Shown in pieces: positions 1 to 10,753 of a stretch of DNA of 51,581 bases; the first letter of the stretch is position 1; each line of letters begins with the position of its first letter. The position numbers and the translations under genes are program-made. The notes under the pieces are model-generated. The model did no database searches. It had not been told where the DNA came from and saw nothing but the letters and a program-made list of their open reading frames with translations. Origin of the DNA: Candidatus Anstonellales archaeon (GTDB lineage: Archaea; Micrarchaeota; Micrarchaeia; Anstonellales; J096); the NCBI GenBank assembly GCA_038890615.1, contig JAWAFI010000004.1, positions 1 through 51,581 of the forward strand, in the 5' to 3' direction.

Positions 1-1848
1 TTCAACATTTGTTTTGTTCGTACCAAAAACAAAAAGAGTTTCAATTAAGGATGTTTCTTCGCTTCCAATTTTAGAATACAAATCCTTAACTTTAATATCT
101 CCTCCTTTTTTCAATAAGTTTAATCTTTTTCTCTTATTTTTTATTGGTTCTATTCTTACTCCCCTCCCTATGGATTGAATTACATATTTTTGTGCATCTC
201 TTTTTCCAATATTTATAAAAATCATAACATTTGGCCTATTAGAATCCCATCCTTCATAAAAAGCTCTAGACCCCATTAAGATATTAACAAAATTGTTATC
301 ATGGCTGATCGTTTCAAAATAACTTTTATTATCGTAGGACTCAGACACTTCATAATTATCTAGTTTGTTTTTTAACCATGTCGAAATATCTCCTATTTTA
401 ATTAAAGCAAAAGGTTTTTCAGATGTTTTAAGTTTAAAAATTAATTCTTCTTTGTTTTGTGGTATTTTTATTACTTCTATTTTTCCAAAAGATGAAGTAT
501 TAAATACGTAGTTTAATATTTCTTTAACATCTACCTTTTTTATTAGATCTTCATTTAAAATTAATTCTTCACTACCAAAAATATATTTTCGATGTTCTTT
601 AAATTCTTTAAGCAATTCTTCTTTTGCTTTCTCTAGAATATCTTTTTGGATATCTCCGATAGCTATTTTTTCAAGCTGCTTGAAGAAAATTTCTAAATCA
701 GAATCCTCGACATTTACTGAATTAACTAATGAAACTAAAAGAGGGTTATGGTAAATTTTTTCCTTTGTTTTTTCACTAATTTTCTCCTTCGCTTTCTTTG
801 TAATTGTTAACAAGATAAGGGATTTAATAACTATTTTTTGCTTATCTATACTATTAAAATCTTCTTTATCTTGAAAAGCATTTAATTCTTGCTGAGATAA
901 ATAAACATTTTTTCCATATCCTCTACTTATGAATGTGTCTAAATTGAAATTGTAAACCGTAGTTAATACGTCCCAAATATCAGTAAATGTTGCTGAAAAA
1001 TTAAATAAAAAACCGTCTCTTGTTAATATTGAATAATAAATTTGTCTTTTTGAATCCTCCTTATCTCCCTTATGTGCTTCATCAAGAAAAACATACCATC
1101 TTCCATTGTTTTCTATATCTTCAAAACTTAAAAGCTTCTCTTTTGTTTGATCAGATATCAAATCAGATCTATAAATAAAAACATTAATATTTTCTTTAGA
1201 TGCTAAAACATTTCCGTTTTTTACATCATCATATTTTGTTAAATCCCAAAGCTCAATTTTTCTATTGCTTATTTTGTTAAATTCATTGATATGAGTTTTT
1301 ATCTGTGATATTAAGTCTTCTCTATGTGTTAAAATCAAGATATCATTTTTAGGTATCAAATTCGCAGCCATAAGATTATCTATAACCTCTATTAGTTTTA
1401 CTAAAACAAGAGTTTTACCGGAGCCTGTGGCCATCCAAAAACACATTCTATTTAAAAAATTAAGAAAACTTATTTTTTCATGAGAATTTTCTTGTGTTGC
1501 TTTATAATATTCTTTTAGCTTATTAAACAACTCTCTATCTTTTTTGTTTGTTCTTCCTAAAGAATCAATTAAATCTCTTTCATATTTTCTTATTTCATTA
1601 TACAATTTCTTTTTTCTTTCAATATGCTCTTGGTAGGTTTCATTGTTTTCGTACTTTTGTAAAGATTCAAAATAATAATATAACAGTTTTATTGCTTTTT
1701 TTAGAGCTTCTTGTTGATAATCATACAAATCTATTTTATCAGAAAATTTAATCAGATTGGTTTTAATCCATTCTGATGGTAAGCTTTCAAAGTTTATTTC
1801 TTCAGCTATTTCTTCATAAATCAAAGGTATTTTATTGCTATTGCTCAT
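1..1848 (-). CDS. res: Type III restriction enzyme Res subunit (SF2 helicase), runs off the left window edge
   Basis: Manual translation from ATG at 1848 (MSNSNKIPLIYEEIAEE...) shows LYDYQ (Q motif), MATGSGKT (Walker A) and FLDEAHKG (DEAH box). It starts directly after the Mod stop. It is missing from the ORF track because no stop falls in the window. Confidence 0.9.
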   Translation of the reverse strand, partial: MSNSNKIPLIYEEIAEEINFESLPSEWIKTNLIKFSDKIDLYDYQQEALKKAIKLLYYYFESLQKYENNETYQEHIERKKKLYNEIRKYERDLIDSLGRTNKKDRELFNKLKEYYKATQENSHEKISFLNFLNRMCFWMATGSGKTLVLVKLIEVIDNLMAANLIPKNDILILTHREDLISQIKTHINEFNKISNRKIELWDLTKYDDVKNGNVLASKENINVFIYRSDLISDQTKEKLLSFEDIENNGRWYVFLDEAHKGDKEDSKRQIYYSILTRDGFLFNFSATFTDIWDVLTTVYNFNLDTFISRGYGKNVYLSQQELNAFQDKEDFNSIDKQKIVIKSLILLTITKKAKEKISEKTKEKIYHNPLLVSLVNSVNVEDSDLEIFFKQLEKIAIGDIQKDILEKAKEELLKEFKEHRKYIFGSEELILNEDLIKKVDVKEILNYVFNTSSFGKIEVIKIPQNKEELIFKLKTSEKPFALIKIGDISTWLKNKLDNYEVSESYDNKSYFETISHDNNFVNILMGSRAFYEGWDSNRPNVMIFINIGKRDAQKYVIQSIGRGVRIEPIKNKRKRLNLLKKGGDIKVKDLYSKIGSEETSLIETLFVFGTNKTNVE

Positions 1849-1849
1849 T

Positions 1850-4279
1850 TTACCACCATACTAGAGGTTTAATTAATTTAAAATCAATGTTATTAAACTC
1901 TATTTTTGTGTTATCTTCAAATTCTACATATTCTTTAGTTATTTTCTTTATCCATTTTCCTGTAAGATTTGATAGTGTTTCAGCTAAGTCAATATTTGGG
2001 TAAATTTTTGAAAAGTCAATTTTTATTTTATCATTTTTATAGTCAAGTTCCATTGCTTCTAATAGCTTTAAATCTTTCATAAAAACATATTGCTGATTAA
2101 TAGATTTGTCTTTTAAATCTAGGAATGGTTCTGATGGTTTATATTTACATTTTTTAAGTGTTTGTTCATACTGCTCAAGTTCATAGTATTTAAAGAAGCC
2201 GCCAGCTGTTTTTTCATTGTATTTTTCTTTTACATCTTTCTCTTTTGATATTCCTGATTTATCATAAGCTAAAACTTTCTTCATTCTTGGTAAAACCACG
2301 CTGTAAAAATGTTCTCCCATTTCAACACCAATCCATTTTCTACCAAGTTTGTGTGCTACGGCTGTTGTAGTTCCACTTCCTAAAAAGAAATCCATAACTA
2401 AATCTCCTTCATTGGAGGTGGATTCTATGACACGCTTTAAGAGGATCTCGGAGTTTTCTGTAGGGAAGTTCCAGTTTCTTGAATATCCTTGATAATCTAT
2501 CCAAACATCTTTTAACGGTTCTACATAAGTGATTAAATACCATTTATTATTCTCAAACACTAGTCTATTTTCTTGTATTAATTTGTCAATGTCCTCTTGT
2601 TTTACTCCCCATTTTCTCCCTTTTGGAGAGTAAATTTTCTTCCCCTTTATAATCCTGTAATCTTGAAAAGTTTTGCCATTCATAGGCAAAAAAGGTTCAT
2701 ATTTTGAAGGATCTTTTTTTTGCTTGAATATTAAATTAAATGTTAAATTATCCGTTTTTGAAAAGAAAAATAAACTTTCTGATTCCTCAGAAAATTTCTT
2801 AATATGCTTCATTGTTTTGAAAAACTCTTTAGTTTTTGCTATGGTTATCTCATTCCTAAAATTATCTTCTCCAAAGATGTTGTTCATTAAAAGTCTCACA
2901 TACATGTTTCCGTTGTAATCACATCTAACAAAAATGCTTCCTTTTTCGTTTAAACAATCTCTTGCTAAATGTAATCTATTCTCAAGTAGAGTTATCCATG
3001 AAGCATCTTTGTAGTTAACATTATACAAAAAGTCTGCATTCGTTCCTAAATTGAACGGCGGATCAATATAAATCGTCTGTACTTTTTCTCTAAATTTTGG
3101 CAATATTGTTTTTAGTGCTTGATAGTTTTCAGAGTGAATTAACCAACCATCTAAGGCATTATCTAAATCTTCGAATTGTGATAGTATTTCAAGTTTGATT
3201 TCTTCATCAAAATATTTTGTGTCTATGGGTAGTTTTGAGTATTCTTTGTTTAATTCCTTGCCTTTTAGCGTTTGTGTAAAAAGCTTATCTTTTTCAAATT
3301 TTTCTAGAATCCCTAACTCTTGCCATTCTTCGCATTGTTTTTCAAAACCTTTGTGTTTTATTATTTTTTCTATTAATTTTATGTCTTTAATTCTATCTAA
3401 AGTTATAACATAGTTAGAGTTCAAAACAAACTTCGGTTTATTCCAAATCTTTATTAATTCGTCTTCGAATTGTGCAACAAAATCAATTACTTTAAAAGCA
3501 ATCTCTTTTAAAACTTTTAATTCTTTTAGCCTTTTCTCATCGAATATGCTTTTTTCATCTAATACATAATCTTTTAGCCATAATTCGAATTGTTCTTTTA
3601 AGAATTTCTCAGCATCTTTGTTTATAAAGTAATCCACTTCATTTTGTTTTTCAAAAATTCTAAATATTTTGTTTAATCTTTCTTCATCAAGAAAGATTTT
3701 GTTTTTCTTAAACTCTTTTAGAATCTCATCTGTTTTTGTGACTTTTCCTTTTTCGGAGTAAATAACTTTGAAAGTAATTTCTTTATCTTTAATTGATTTT
3801 AGTTCATAAATAATATCTCTTTTTTCGTTTGCTTTTTTATGCTCTAACTTAGATACATCAAAATTAATCTTATACTTAACTCCTTCTTCATCAAAATCTA
3901 CTGTTAAATTATGCCATATCTTATCAGTTTTTACATAATATAACATCTGAGTTTTCCAAAAAAGAGCTACGTCTTTGTTATTAGTATAAACTTTCTCATA
4001 AATTTTAGATTTTAATGGTGTATAACTAAAGTAAATACTTCCTGATTCTGAGAAGTAGGTTTTAAAGAAAGTATAAAGCTTATCAAACATTTCTTCCTTA
4101 AAATCAGAAAATTCTTTTGTCTTTTCTTGAATTTCTTTTTGCAATTCTGAGAATATAATGTCGAAATAAGAAGATTTTATTCTCATTAAATTAATAAAAC
4201 CAGATTCGCCTTCTATTTTCGCTCCTATAAATATGTCCTTGATCTTATCAAAGAATAGTTTTTCTTTTTGATTTGTCAT
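1850..4279 (-). CDS. mod: Type III restriction-modification Mod subunit (beta-class amino DNA methyltransferase)
   Basis: IYIDPPFN catalytic motif precedes the DFFLGSGTT SAM-binding motif; ENYQAL motif; adjacent to Res. Confidence 0.92.
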   Translation of the reverse strand: MTNQKEKLFFDKIKDIFIGAKIEGESGFINLMRIKSSYFDIIFSELQKEIQEKTKEFSDFKEEMFDKLYTFFKTYFSESGSIYFSYTPLKSKIYEKVYTNNKDVALFWKTQMLYYVKTDKIWHNLTVDFDEEGVKYKINFDVSKLEHKKANEKRDIIYELKSIKDKEITFKVIYSEKGKVTKTDEILKEFKKNKIFLDEERLNKIFRIFEKQNEVDYFINKDAEKFLKEQFELWLKDYVLDEKSIFDEKRLKELKVLKEIAFKVIDFVAQFEDELIKIWNKPKFVLNSNYVITLDRIKDIKLIEKIIKHKGFEKQCEEWQELGILEKFEKDKLFTQTLKGKELNKEYSKLPIDTKYFDEEIKLEILSQFEDLDNALDGWLIHSENYQALKTILPKFREKVQTIYIDPPFNLGTNADFLYNVNYKDASWITLLENRLHLARDCLNEKGSIFVRCDYNGNMYVRLLMNNIFGEDNFRNEITIAKTKEFFKTMKHIKKFSEESESLFFFSKTDNLTFNLIFKQKKDPSKYEPFLPMNGKTFQDYRIIKGKKIYSPKGRKWGVKQEDIDKLIQENRLVFENNKWYLITYVEPLKDVWIDYQGYSRNWNFPTENSEILLKRVIESTSNEGDLVMDFFLGSGTTTAVAHKLGRKWIGVEMGEHFYSVVLPRMKKVLAYDKSGISKEKDVKEKYNEKTAGGFFKYYELEQYEQTLKKCKYKPSEPFLDLKDKSINQQYVFMKDLKLLEAMELDYKNDKIKIDFSKIYPNIDLAETLSNLTGKWIKKITKEYVEFEDNTKIEFNNIDFKLIKPLVWW

Positions 4280-4328
4280 ATTATCCCTTGTTTACATAAA
4301 TTGATTTATAATATTTAAATTTATTTTT

Positions 4329-4454
4329 TTACATTAATGCTACTTTTTCATGTTTGTCTTCCCAAACAATGCCGTATTTCTTTTGCTTCTTGAATTTTTC
4401 CAATTCTCTAATTAACTATTCTTTTGTCCAGTTTGAATAGTTTTTTTTGTCCAT
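4329..4454 (-). pseudogene. Remnant of the N-terminus of a second Mod-type DNA methyltransferase
   Basis: Translates MDKKNYSNWTKE*LIRELEKFKKQKKYGIVWEDKHEKVALM*. The KKYG(L/I)VWE motif is typical of Mod-family N-termini. In-frame TAG at 4416-4418. Confidence 0.6.
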
Positions 4455-4635
4455 ATTTTAACCCCTTATATGCTCTTGCTAGGTATTACACTTTATTAAA
4501 TTTATTCTTTTTAAAGCCCCTCCCGCAAAAATAAGAAAAAAATTTTGTTGGATGAAAATTGCGTAGCAGTTTCATTATCTCTTTTCCTCCTATGAAGTTA
4601 AACGAAGGCAACAACATCGTCATAATTTACAGTCT

Positions 4636-4650
4636 CCTTTCTATGAAAGG
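4636..4650. terminator. Small hairpin downstream of nusA, possible end of the rpo operon transcript
   Basis: CCTTTC-TAT-GAAAGG perfect inverted repeat about 30 nt after the nusA stop. Confidence 0.25.
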
Positions 4651-4678
4651 CAGGTTTTCTAATTGCACACAACATGAA

Positions 4679-5134
4679 TCAGGCCTGCTCTGCCGCCTTC
4701 TCGCTCTCCAGCTCTGATTCTGTGACCACCCTTACATCCATGTTGAACTTCTTCTTTGTAACATGCTTTGTTGTTTTTATCCTCTCCCCGCCTTTCCCTA
4801 TGGCATCCTTCCTCTGCTCGTTCTTGACTATAAGCAGTGCCTCATCCTTGTCCTCCCCCCTCTTATACTGTATATCCACTATGTCAATGTCCCTGTAAAC
4901 ATCCCTTATAAACTGCTCTACCGATTCAGGCACTGGGAGTATGAATACCCTTTTCTTTACCTTTTTCTCCAGGATCTCTATATTCCTACCTTTTTTTCCA
5001 ACCGCCTTGCCTACGCTGTTGCTTGCAACAAAGAAAAGCATGCCATATTCGGTGTCATCAATCTCCTCTGCTTCCATCCTTGTAACTTCTTGGAACAGCT
5101 TAAGCAGGCCTATTTCCTTTTCAGAAAGCTCCAT
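4679..5134 (-). CDS. nusA: Archaeal NusA (KH-domain transcription factor)
   Basis: Two KH GxxG motifs (AVGKKGRNI, AIGKGGERI); canonical position after rpl30e. Confidence 0.93.
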   Translation of the reverse strand: MELSEKEIGLLKLFQEVTRMEAEEIDDTEYGMLFFVASNSVGKAVGKKGRNIEILEKKVKKRVFILPVPESVEQFIRDVYRDIDIVDIQYKRGEDKDEALLIVKNEQRKDAIGKGGERIKTTKHVTKKKFNMDVRVVTESELESEKAAEQA

Positions 5135-5138
5135 AGAA

Positions 5139-5483
5139 TCACTTAAGGAAGCTGAGTATCTTTGAGTTGCCTTCTGCTTTTATGCCAATCACTGAAACCA
5201 AGTAAGGCTTTCCGCATACAGTGCCCAACTGCTTACTAGTGCCTTCGTACTCAAGTGCTGGCACTTTGCTAAGCTTAGCATAATGCAGCAGCGAATCTTT
5301 CTCGAATTTAGGCGCATTTGAAGCAATAATCACTCCTTTTATTTCGCCTTTCATCAGCGCCTTCCTATTGCTGTTTCTGCCCAATATTACCTCCCCGCTT
5401 TCTATGCATAGCCTTATCTCTCTGTCTATTACATTCTCTTCCTTCTTTTTCCTCCTTCTCACAGGTTCCTTTTCCTTCTTCAT
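5139..5483 (-). CDS. rpl30e: 50S ribosomal protein eL30
   Basis: GEVILG...IIASNAP...LGTVCGKPYLVSVIGI...GNSKIL; operon position. Confidence 0.95.
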   Translation of the reverse strand: MKKEKEPVRRRKKKEENVIDREIRLCIESGEVILGRNSNRKALMKGEIKGVIIASNAPKFEKDSLLHYAKLSKVPALEYEGTSKQLGTVCGKPYLVSVIGIKAEGNSKILSFLK

Positions 5484-5488
5484 CTAAA

Positions 5489-6499
5489 TTACCTCTTTTT
5501 TGATTCTTTGTATTCCAACTCTATCCTCCCTGTGCCTACAGGGATTACCTGCCCTACTATGATGTTTTCCACTATTCCTTTAAGCATATCTGCCTCTGCC
5601 TTGGATGCTGCTTTTGTTAGGTGCTTTAAGGTTTCCTCGAAAGCTGCCCTAGCCAGCACTCCTTCTTTGTTGCCGCTCAGCCCATACCTGCCTGCCCCCA
5701 TAACCTTTCCGCTAAAGCACATTGCGTCTGCAATAAGAAGGGCATGCCTTACGTCCACTGTTAGCTTCTGTAGGTCCATCACTTGCTTTACTTCCCTTGC
5801 AATGGCATTCCTTGCAGCCTCTATCCCGAAAACCTTTTCTATCATCTTTATGTCGTTGGTGTAAATTCGGTTTCCATCTACTGCTTTGTGCTTCATTGCA
5901 TCAACTATGTTTGAGCCCTTCATCCTTATGAAGTATTCCTTACCCTCCTTTACCACTACCCCCTTGCTCAAGCCTTCAACCCCAGATATCCTAAGCTTCT
6001 TAAGCTTCAGGAATGCCCTCCTTATTTCTCTAAGCGGCACATCCTTCTTGAAGATTATCCTGCCTTCCTTGTAGCTTCCCTTGTCTCCTATTGCCTTCTG
6101 TACTGCCTCATCAACATCGCTTTCCTTTACAAGCTTTCTTGACATCTCTTTTTTGTTGAGCTCTATGCTTATCGTCCTCTTTCTAAGCTCTTCCCTTATT
6201 TTTGCTATATCGTTCATATTTACTTCCTCAATTTCCAGAGCAACCTTTTTTGCCTTCTCTTCGTCTTCAGCATACCCTTCTTTTAGATGAATCTCTATCA
6301 AGGGCTTTTTTGGCTGTGCCTTTGCATCAACAATCTCTATCAGCCTAGGAAGGCCTGTTGGAACATGCTCAGCTACTCCTGCGTAGTGGAAAGTCCTCAT
6401 CGTCATCTGCGTGCCTGGCTCCCCCAAGCTCTGCGCTGTTATTATCCCCACTGCCTCAAAAGGCGCAATCCTGTCATCCACTTTTTTTGGCTTTTCCAT
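5489..6499 (-). CDS. rpoA2: DNA-directed RNA polymerase subunit A'' (Rpo1C)
   Basis: [27 protein letters not shown] (trigger loop), [23 protein letters not shown]. Confidence 0.97.
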   Translation of the reverse strand: MEKPKKVDDRIAPFEAVGIITAQSLGEPGTQMTMRTFHYAGVAEHVPTGLPRLIEIVDAKAQPKKPLIEIHLKEGYAEDEEKAKKVALEIEEVNMNDIAKIREELRKRTISIELNKKEMSRKLVKESDVDEAVQKAIGDKGSYKEGRIIFKKDVPLREIRRAFLKLKKLRISGVEGLSKGVVVKEGKEYFIRMKGSNIVDAMKHKAVDGNRIYTNDIKMIEKVFGIEAARNAIAREVKQVMDLQKLTVDVRHALLIADAMCFSGKVMGAGRYGLSGNKEGVLARAAFEETLKHLTKAASKAEADMLKGIVENIIVGQVIPVGTGRIELEYKESKKR

Positions 6500-6507
6500 G
6501 CTACCAC

Positions 6508-8946
6508 CTACGCTGCTGTGTCCACATCATCCATCTTGACGCTTACCTCAAACCTGCTGCTTGCTGAATACATTGGGTCCTTGCCATCCCCTCCGTAAAG
6601 CGTCTGCACAATGTTGCCTGATGCGTCCCTGACGCTTAGGTCTTGTTCCACCACAAGGTCATTGAGCGCGTTTATCAGCCTCCTTTGCATATACCCTGAC
6701 CTTCCAGTCCTTATTGCCGTGTTGACTAAAGATTCCCTGCCTCCCATTGCATGGTGGAAGAATTCCTCTGGCCTGAGCCCTTTCCTGAACGAGCTTCTCA
6801 CAAAACCTTTCTCTATGGCCCCTTCCTTGCCTTTTTTGAAGAATACAAGATTCCTTCCCTTGTAGCCCCTGTTCGGCCTTTTGCTCCTTACTGCCTGCTG
6901 TGCTACCAATGCGCTCATCTGCGTGGCGTTCAGCAGCGATCCCCTTGCTCCAATTAGGGCCATCACTACAGAGCTGTTTTCAGTGCCGAGGTCTTCTTTT
7001 ACTATTGTCTCTATCTCATTCCTTGCTTTTGAGGTAGTGCTCATTATCAAAGACTCAAAGGTGTCTTTCAATGTAGTTCCTGGCAGCCTCTCCAATGTTT
7101 TCTTTTGATATTCTGTAATTATGTGCTCTATTTCCTTGTTCATCCTTCCTATTACTTCTTCAATCCTTTTCTCTGCTTCCTTGGAAAGGGCATAGTTCCT
7201 TAGGCTCACTGTTATCCCTTTTAATGTAAGCGCTTCTATGCCCATCCTTACGGCAGAGTCAAGGAATTTCCTTGTTTCCTCGCTTCCTCTATGGAGGAAG
7301 ATGTTTTCTATTATGTCTTTGTCCATAACCTTGCTGTCTATGCTTCCGTGCAAAAGCTCCCCTTTTTCTATTGCCACATTTTCCCCGAAGCTTGTTTTTG
7401 TCCTTACGCTCAAGCTTTTTGGTAGCAACAGGCTGAATATCTCCTTTCCATCATACATTCCTTCTTTGTCTGGCTTTGGGAGCTCATAAATGCCTCCTGC
7501 TGCAGCTATTCTTGTTGCTTCTGTTTTGTTGAACTTGTTTTTGGTCAAATAGTATATTCCTGTTATGTAATCCTCCTGCGGCTTTATTATTGCATGCCCG
7601 TTCCTTGGAGAAAGTATGTTTTTCTCCACAAGCATAAGCTCCAATGCCTCTGCCCTAGCTTCCTCGCTCTGTACCACATGCAGGTTCATTTCATCCCCAT
7701 CAAAATCAGAGTTGTATGGAGGGTTTACCAAAGGGTTTATCCTGAAGGTCTTTCCTGGAAGCACCTTGACTATATGCGTCATCATCGAAATCCTGTGCAG
7801 GGAAGGCTGCCTGTTGAATATTACTATATCACCATCCTTAAGCTGCCTTTCAGCAATCCAGCCCGGCTCTATCTGCTTAAGTATATCTTCCCTTGTTGAG
7901 TCAGTCACCTTCACCCTTTTGCCATCGTTCCTTATGACATACAAAACTGATGGATATTCCTTCCTCTCTATGTAGCTTTTCACCAGCTCTATGTTCCAGT
8001 CAGTTACATTCACTGGCACCGTAAGCTGCTCTGCGATCGCCCTAGGCACTCCCACCTCATTTAAGCTTATGTTTGGGTCAGGGGATATTACTGTCCTCGC
8101 AGAGAAGTTAACCCTCTTTCCGCTTAGGTTGTACCTGAACCTGCCCTCCTTGCCTTTAAGCCTCTGCGCAAGGGTTTTAAGCGGCCTGCCGCTCCTGTGC
8201 CTTGAAGGCGGGGTATTTGGCGATTCATTGTTGAAGTAGGTTGTTATGTGGTACTGCACAAGCTCCCACATGTCTTCTATAATCAGCTGTGGCGTGCCTG
8301 CCTCTATGTGCGCCTCAAGCTTCTGGTTTGTCCTTATAATGTCCACAAGCTTATGCGTCAAATCATCCTCGCTCCTCTCTCCTGTGTGGAGTATGATCGA
8401 GGGCCTTATGTTTGTCGGAGGCACAGGGAGCACTGTGAGAACCATCCATTCAGGCCTTGCGTATTCTGGGTTGTAGCCAAGCTTTTCTACATTGGCATCG
8501 CTTATGTGCGAAAGCCAGTCCCTTATGTCAGTAGGGAGAAGCACGTCGTTTCCAGAGTAAAAGGTCGTTGGCTTCACGAATTTTATTGGCGCAATATCAG
8601 CCCCGCAGTGGGGGCACTTTTGCGTCTTTTTCTTTATTATTTCGTAGCACTTTGGGCATGTTGATGAAAGTATGTAGTATATGTCCCTTGCGAAGGATGG
8701 ATGTATCACAGGCCTTACAAGCTCTATGTGGCCAAAATGCCCAGGGCATTCTTTTGGCTTGCCCCCACAAGTCTTGCAAGCCAGCCCTGGGTCAATCACA
8801 CCCATCCTTAAGTCCATAAGCCCATTGTCCAGAGGGTAGCCATCATCGTCATAAGTGTCTGGCTGGGTAACCTTTACTGCTGATAGCTTCCTTATTGTCT
8901 CAGGAGAATAAAGGGAAAAAATTATTTTTTCTATTTTTTTCTTCAT
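6508..8946 (-). CDS. rpoA1: DNA-directed RNA polymerase subunit A' (Rpo1N)
   Basis: [52 protein letters not shown]. Confidence 0.98.
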   Translation of the reverse strand: MKKKIEKIIFSLYSPETIRKLSAVKVTQPDTYDDDGYPLDNGLMDLRMGVIDPGLACKTCGGKPKECPGHFGHIELVRPVIHPSFARDIYYILSSTCPKCYEIIKKKTQKCPHCGADIAPIKFVKPTTFYSGNDVLLPTDIRDWLSHISDANVEKLGYNPEYARPEWMVLTVLPVPPTNIRPSIILHTGERSEDDLTHKLVDIIRTNQKLEAHIEAGTPQLIIEDMWELVQYHITTYFNNESPNTPPSRHRSGRPLKTLAQRLKGKEGRFRYNLSGKRVNFSARTVISPDPNISLNEVGVPRAIAEQLTVPVNVTDWNIELVKSYIERKEYPSVLYVIRNDGKRVKVTDSTREDILKQIEPGWIAERQLKDGDIVIFNRQPSLHRISMMTHIVKVLPGKTFRINPLVNPPYNSDFDGDEMNLHVVQSEEARAEALELMLVEKNILSPRNGHAIIKPQEDYITGIYYLTKNKFNKTEATRIAAAGGIYELPKPDKEGMYDGKEIFSLLLPKSLSVRTKTSFGENVAIEKGELLHGSIDSKVMDKDIIENIFLHRGSEETRKFLDSAVRMGIEALTLKGITVSLRNYALSKEAEKRIEEVIGRMNKEIEHIITEYQKKTLERLPGTTLKDTFESLIMSTTSKARNEIETIVKEDLGTENSSVVMALIGARGSLLNATQMSALVAQQAVRSKRPNRGYKGRNLVFFKKGKEGAIEKGFVRSSFRKGLRPEEFFHHAMGGRESLVNTAIRTGRSGYMQRRLINALNDLVVEQDLSVRDASGNIVQTLYGGDGKDPMYSASSRFEVSVKMDDVDTAA

Positions 8947-8947
8947 C

Positions 8948-10753
8948 CTACCACCTGTCCTTAACCTTTACTCTTGGGAATATGTATAGTGACCTTAATT
9001 CATCAAGAAGCAGCTTGAAGGCATAGCTTATCTCAACCTCCTCAACGTCGCTGTCACTGCATATTGGGCAAATAGCCCTCTTCTTAATCCTGTCAAAGTA
9101 AGCCCCTCCTCCGCAGTTTTTGCAGACAAGGTAAGTAGTTTTATCGCTTTCTTCAAGCAGCCTTTCTTTTATGAGCATGCTTGCCCCATGCCCTATCAAG
9201 GTATCCCTCTCCATTTCTCCAAACCTCAACCCACCTTCCCTTGCCTTTCCTTCTGTAGGCTGCTTGGTGAGCAGTTGCACTGGCCCCCTGCTCCTCGCAT
9301 GCATCTTGTTTGAAACAAGGTGGTGAAGCCTTTGGTAGTATACCACTCCTATGAAGATTTTTGCTTTTATAGCTTCTCCAGTAACCCCATCGTAAAGCAC
9401 TTCCTCCCCATATTCCTCAAACCCATGCTCTTTAAGCGCTCTTGTATATTCTTCTTCAGGCGTTCCCCTGAATGGCGTGCCGTCAGCCAGTATGCCTCCT
9501 ATCACAGATGCCTTCCCTCCGAGCATTTCAAGCAAGTGGCCTGCTGTCATCCTGCTTGGTATTGCGTGGGGGTTTATTATCAGGTCAGGGACAATCCCTT
9601 CTTTTGTGAAAGGCATATCCTCATGCGGCACGAGCATGCCAACAACCCCTTTCTGCCCATGCCTAGAGGCAATCTTATCCCCTATCTCCAAGTCCTTCAT
9701 TGACCTTACCCTTACCTTAACCAGCTTCTCCCCTTCCGGGGATATGGAAATGAGCACCTTGTCAACAACCCCTTCTTCATTAGGCTTTAGAGCTACGGAG
9801 CTTTCCCTCCTCTTTTCTTCTACAACCCCAAAGATCGAAATCTCCTCAAGGAATCTTGGAGGGGATGTTTTGCCTATGAGCACATCCCTTCCCTTCACCC
9901 TTGCGCCTGGGGCTATTATCCCTCCGTCCCCTAAATGCCTGTAAAGCTCCTCTTCCCTATAGCCAACGATTGTTGGGTTGGGCTTCTCTATTTTATCCCT
10001 CTGCCCGCCTGGGTACATTTTCTCTTCTGTTTCATATGTCCTGAACATCATCACTTTGCCAAAGCCCCTTTGCGCTGCCCCTTTGTTTACTACTATAGCA
10101 TCCGCTAAGTTGTAGCCCCTGTATGACATGAGCGCAACAACTGCGTTTTGGCCTGCTGCCCTTTTCTCAAAATTGAGCATCTTGTATATTGAGGTTGATA
10201 CAATTGGCTTTTGAGGATAAAACATTATGTACGAGCGCGTGTCAAACCTGTTGTCAAAATTTGTTGCGTAAACCCCCAAGCTCTGCTTTGCCATTGCAGA
10301 TGCCATGGTAATCCTTGGGGATGAGTTGTGCTCTTGGTAGGGGAGGTTTCCTACTGTTATGCCGAATATAGAGGCAGGATCTATCTCAAGATGCGTTGTC
10401 TTCTCGTTGACATCCTCTTCCCTTATAGCTACCAAGGCGTTTTCCTCTTCTTCTGCATCAAGATATTCTATTATGCCATTGCTTATCAGGTCCTTCCACT
10501 TCATCGTTCCTGCATTGAGCTTTTCAATTATATCGTTAGTTAATGCTACCTTTCCCTTGTTGACTACTATATAGGGCTTCCTAACCCTGCCTGCGCTTGT
10601 GTTTATGAACACCTCATTTGTGCTTTTGTTATAGTATATGTTAACCTCGTGGTTTATCCTGCCTTGCCTCCTAAGCTCCCTGAATTTCTTGGCAAAGTTC
10701 TTCCCGTTTTTCACTTCTCCTACAAGCTTTCCATTTATGTATACGAGGCTCAT
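8948..10753 (-). CDS. rpoB1: DNA-directed RNA polymerase subunit B' (Rpo2C)
   Basis: GDKIASRHGQKG, NPHAIPSRMT, GGLRFGEMERD, C-terminal Zn finger. Confidence 0.98.
   Translation of the reverse strand: MSLVYINGKLVGEVKNGKNFAKKFRELRRQGRINHEVNIYYNKSTNEVFINTSAGRVRKPYIVVNKGKVALTNDIIEKLNAGTMKWKDLISNGIIEYLDAEEEENALVAIREEDVNEKTTHLEIDPASIFGITVGNLPYQEHNSSPRITMASAMAKQSLGVYATNFDNRFDTRSYIMFYPQKPIVSTSIYKMLNFEKRAAGQNAVVALMSYRGYNLADAIVVNKGAAQRGFGKVMMFRTYETEEKMYPGGQRDKIEKPNPTIVGYREEELYRHLGDGGIIAPGARVKGRDVLIGKTSPPRFLEEISIFGVVEEKRRESSVALKPNEEGVVDKVLISISPEGEKLVKVRVRSMKDLEIGDKIASRHGQKGVVGMLVPHEDMPFTKEGIVPDLIINPHAIPSRMTAGHLLEMLGGKASVIGGILADGTPFRGTPEEEYTRALKEHGFEEYGEEVLYDGVTGEAIKAKIFIGVVYYQRLHHLVSNKMHARSRGPVQLLTKQPTEGKAREGGLRFGEMERDTLIGHGASMLIKERLLEESDKTTYLVCKNCGGGAYFDRIKKRAICPICSDSDVEEVEISYAFKLLLDELRSLYIFPRVKVKDRW

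Noticed and set aside
1850..4279. Phase-variable repeat tract in mod
   Set aside because: Only short A/T runs typical of AT-rich DNA, and the ORF is intact.
4416..4418. Stop-codon reassignment suggested by the in-frame TAG
   Set aside because: TAG, TAA and TGA all terminate conserved genes in this window, so pseudogenisation is the simpler explanation.
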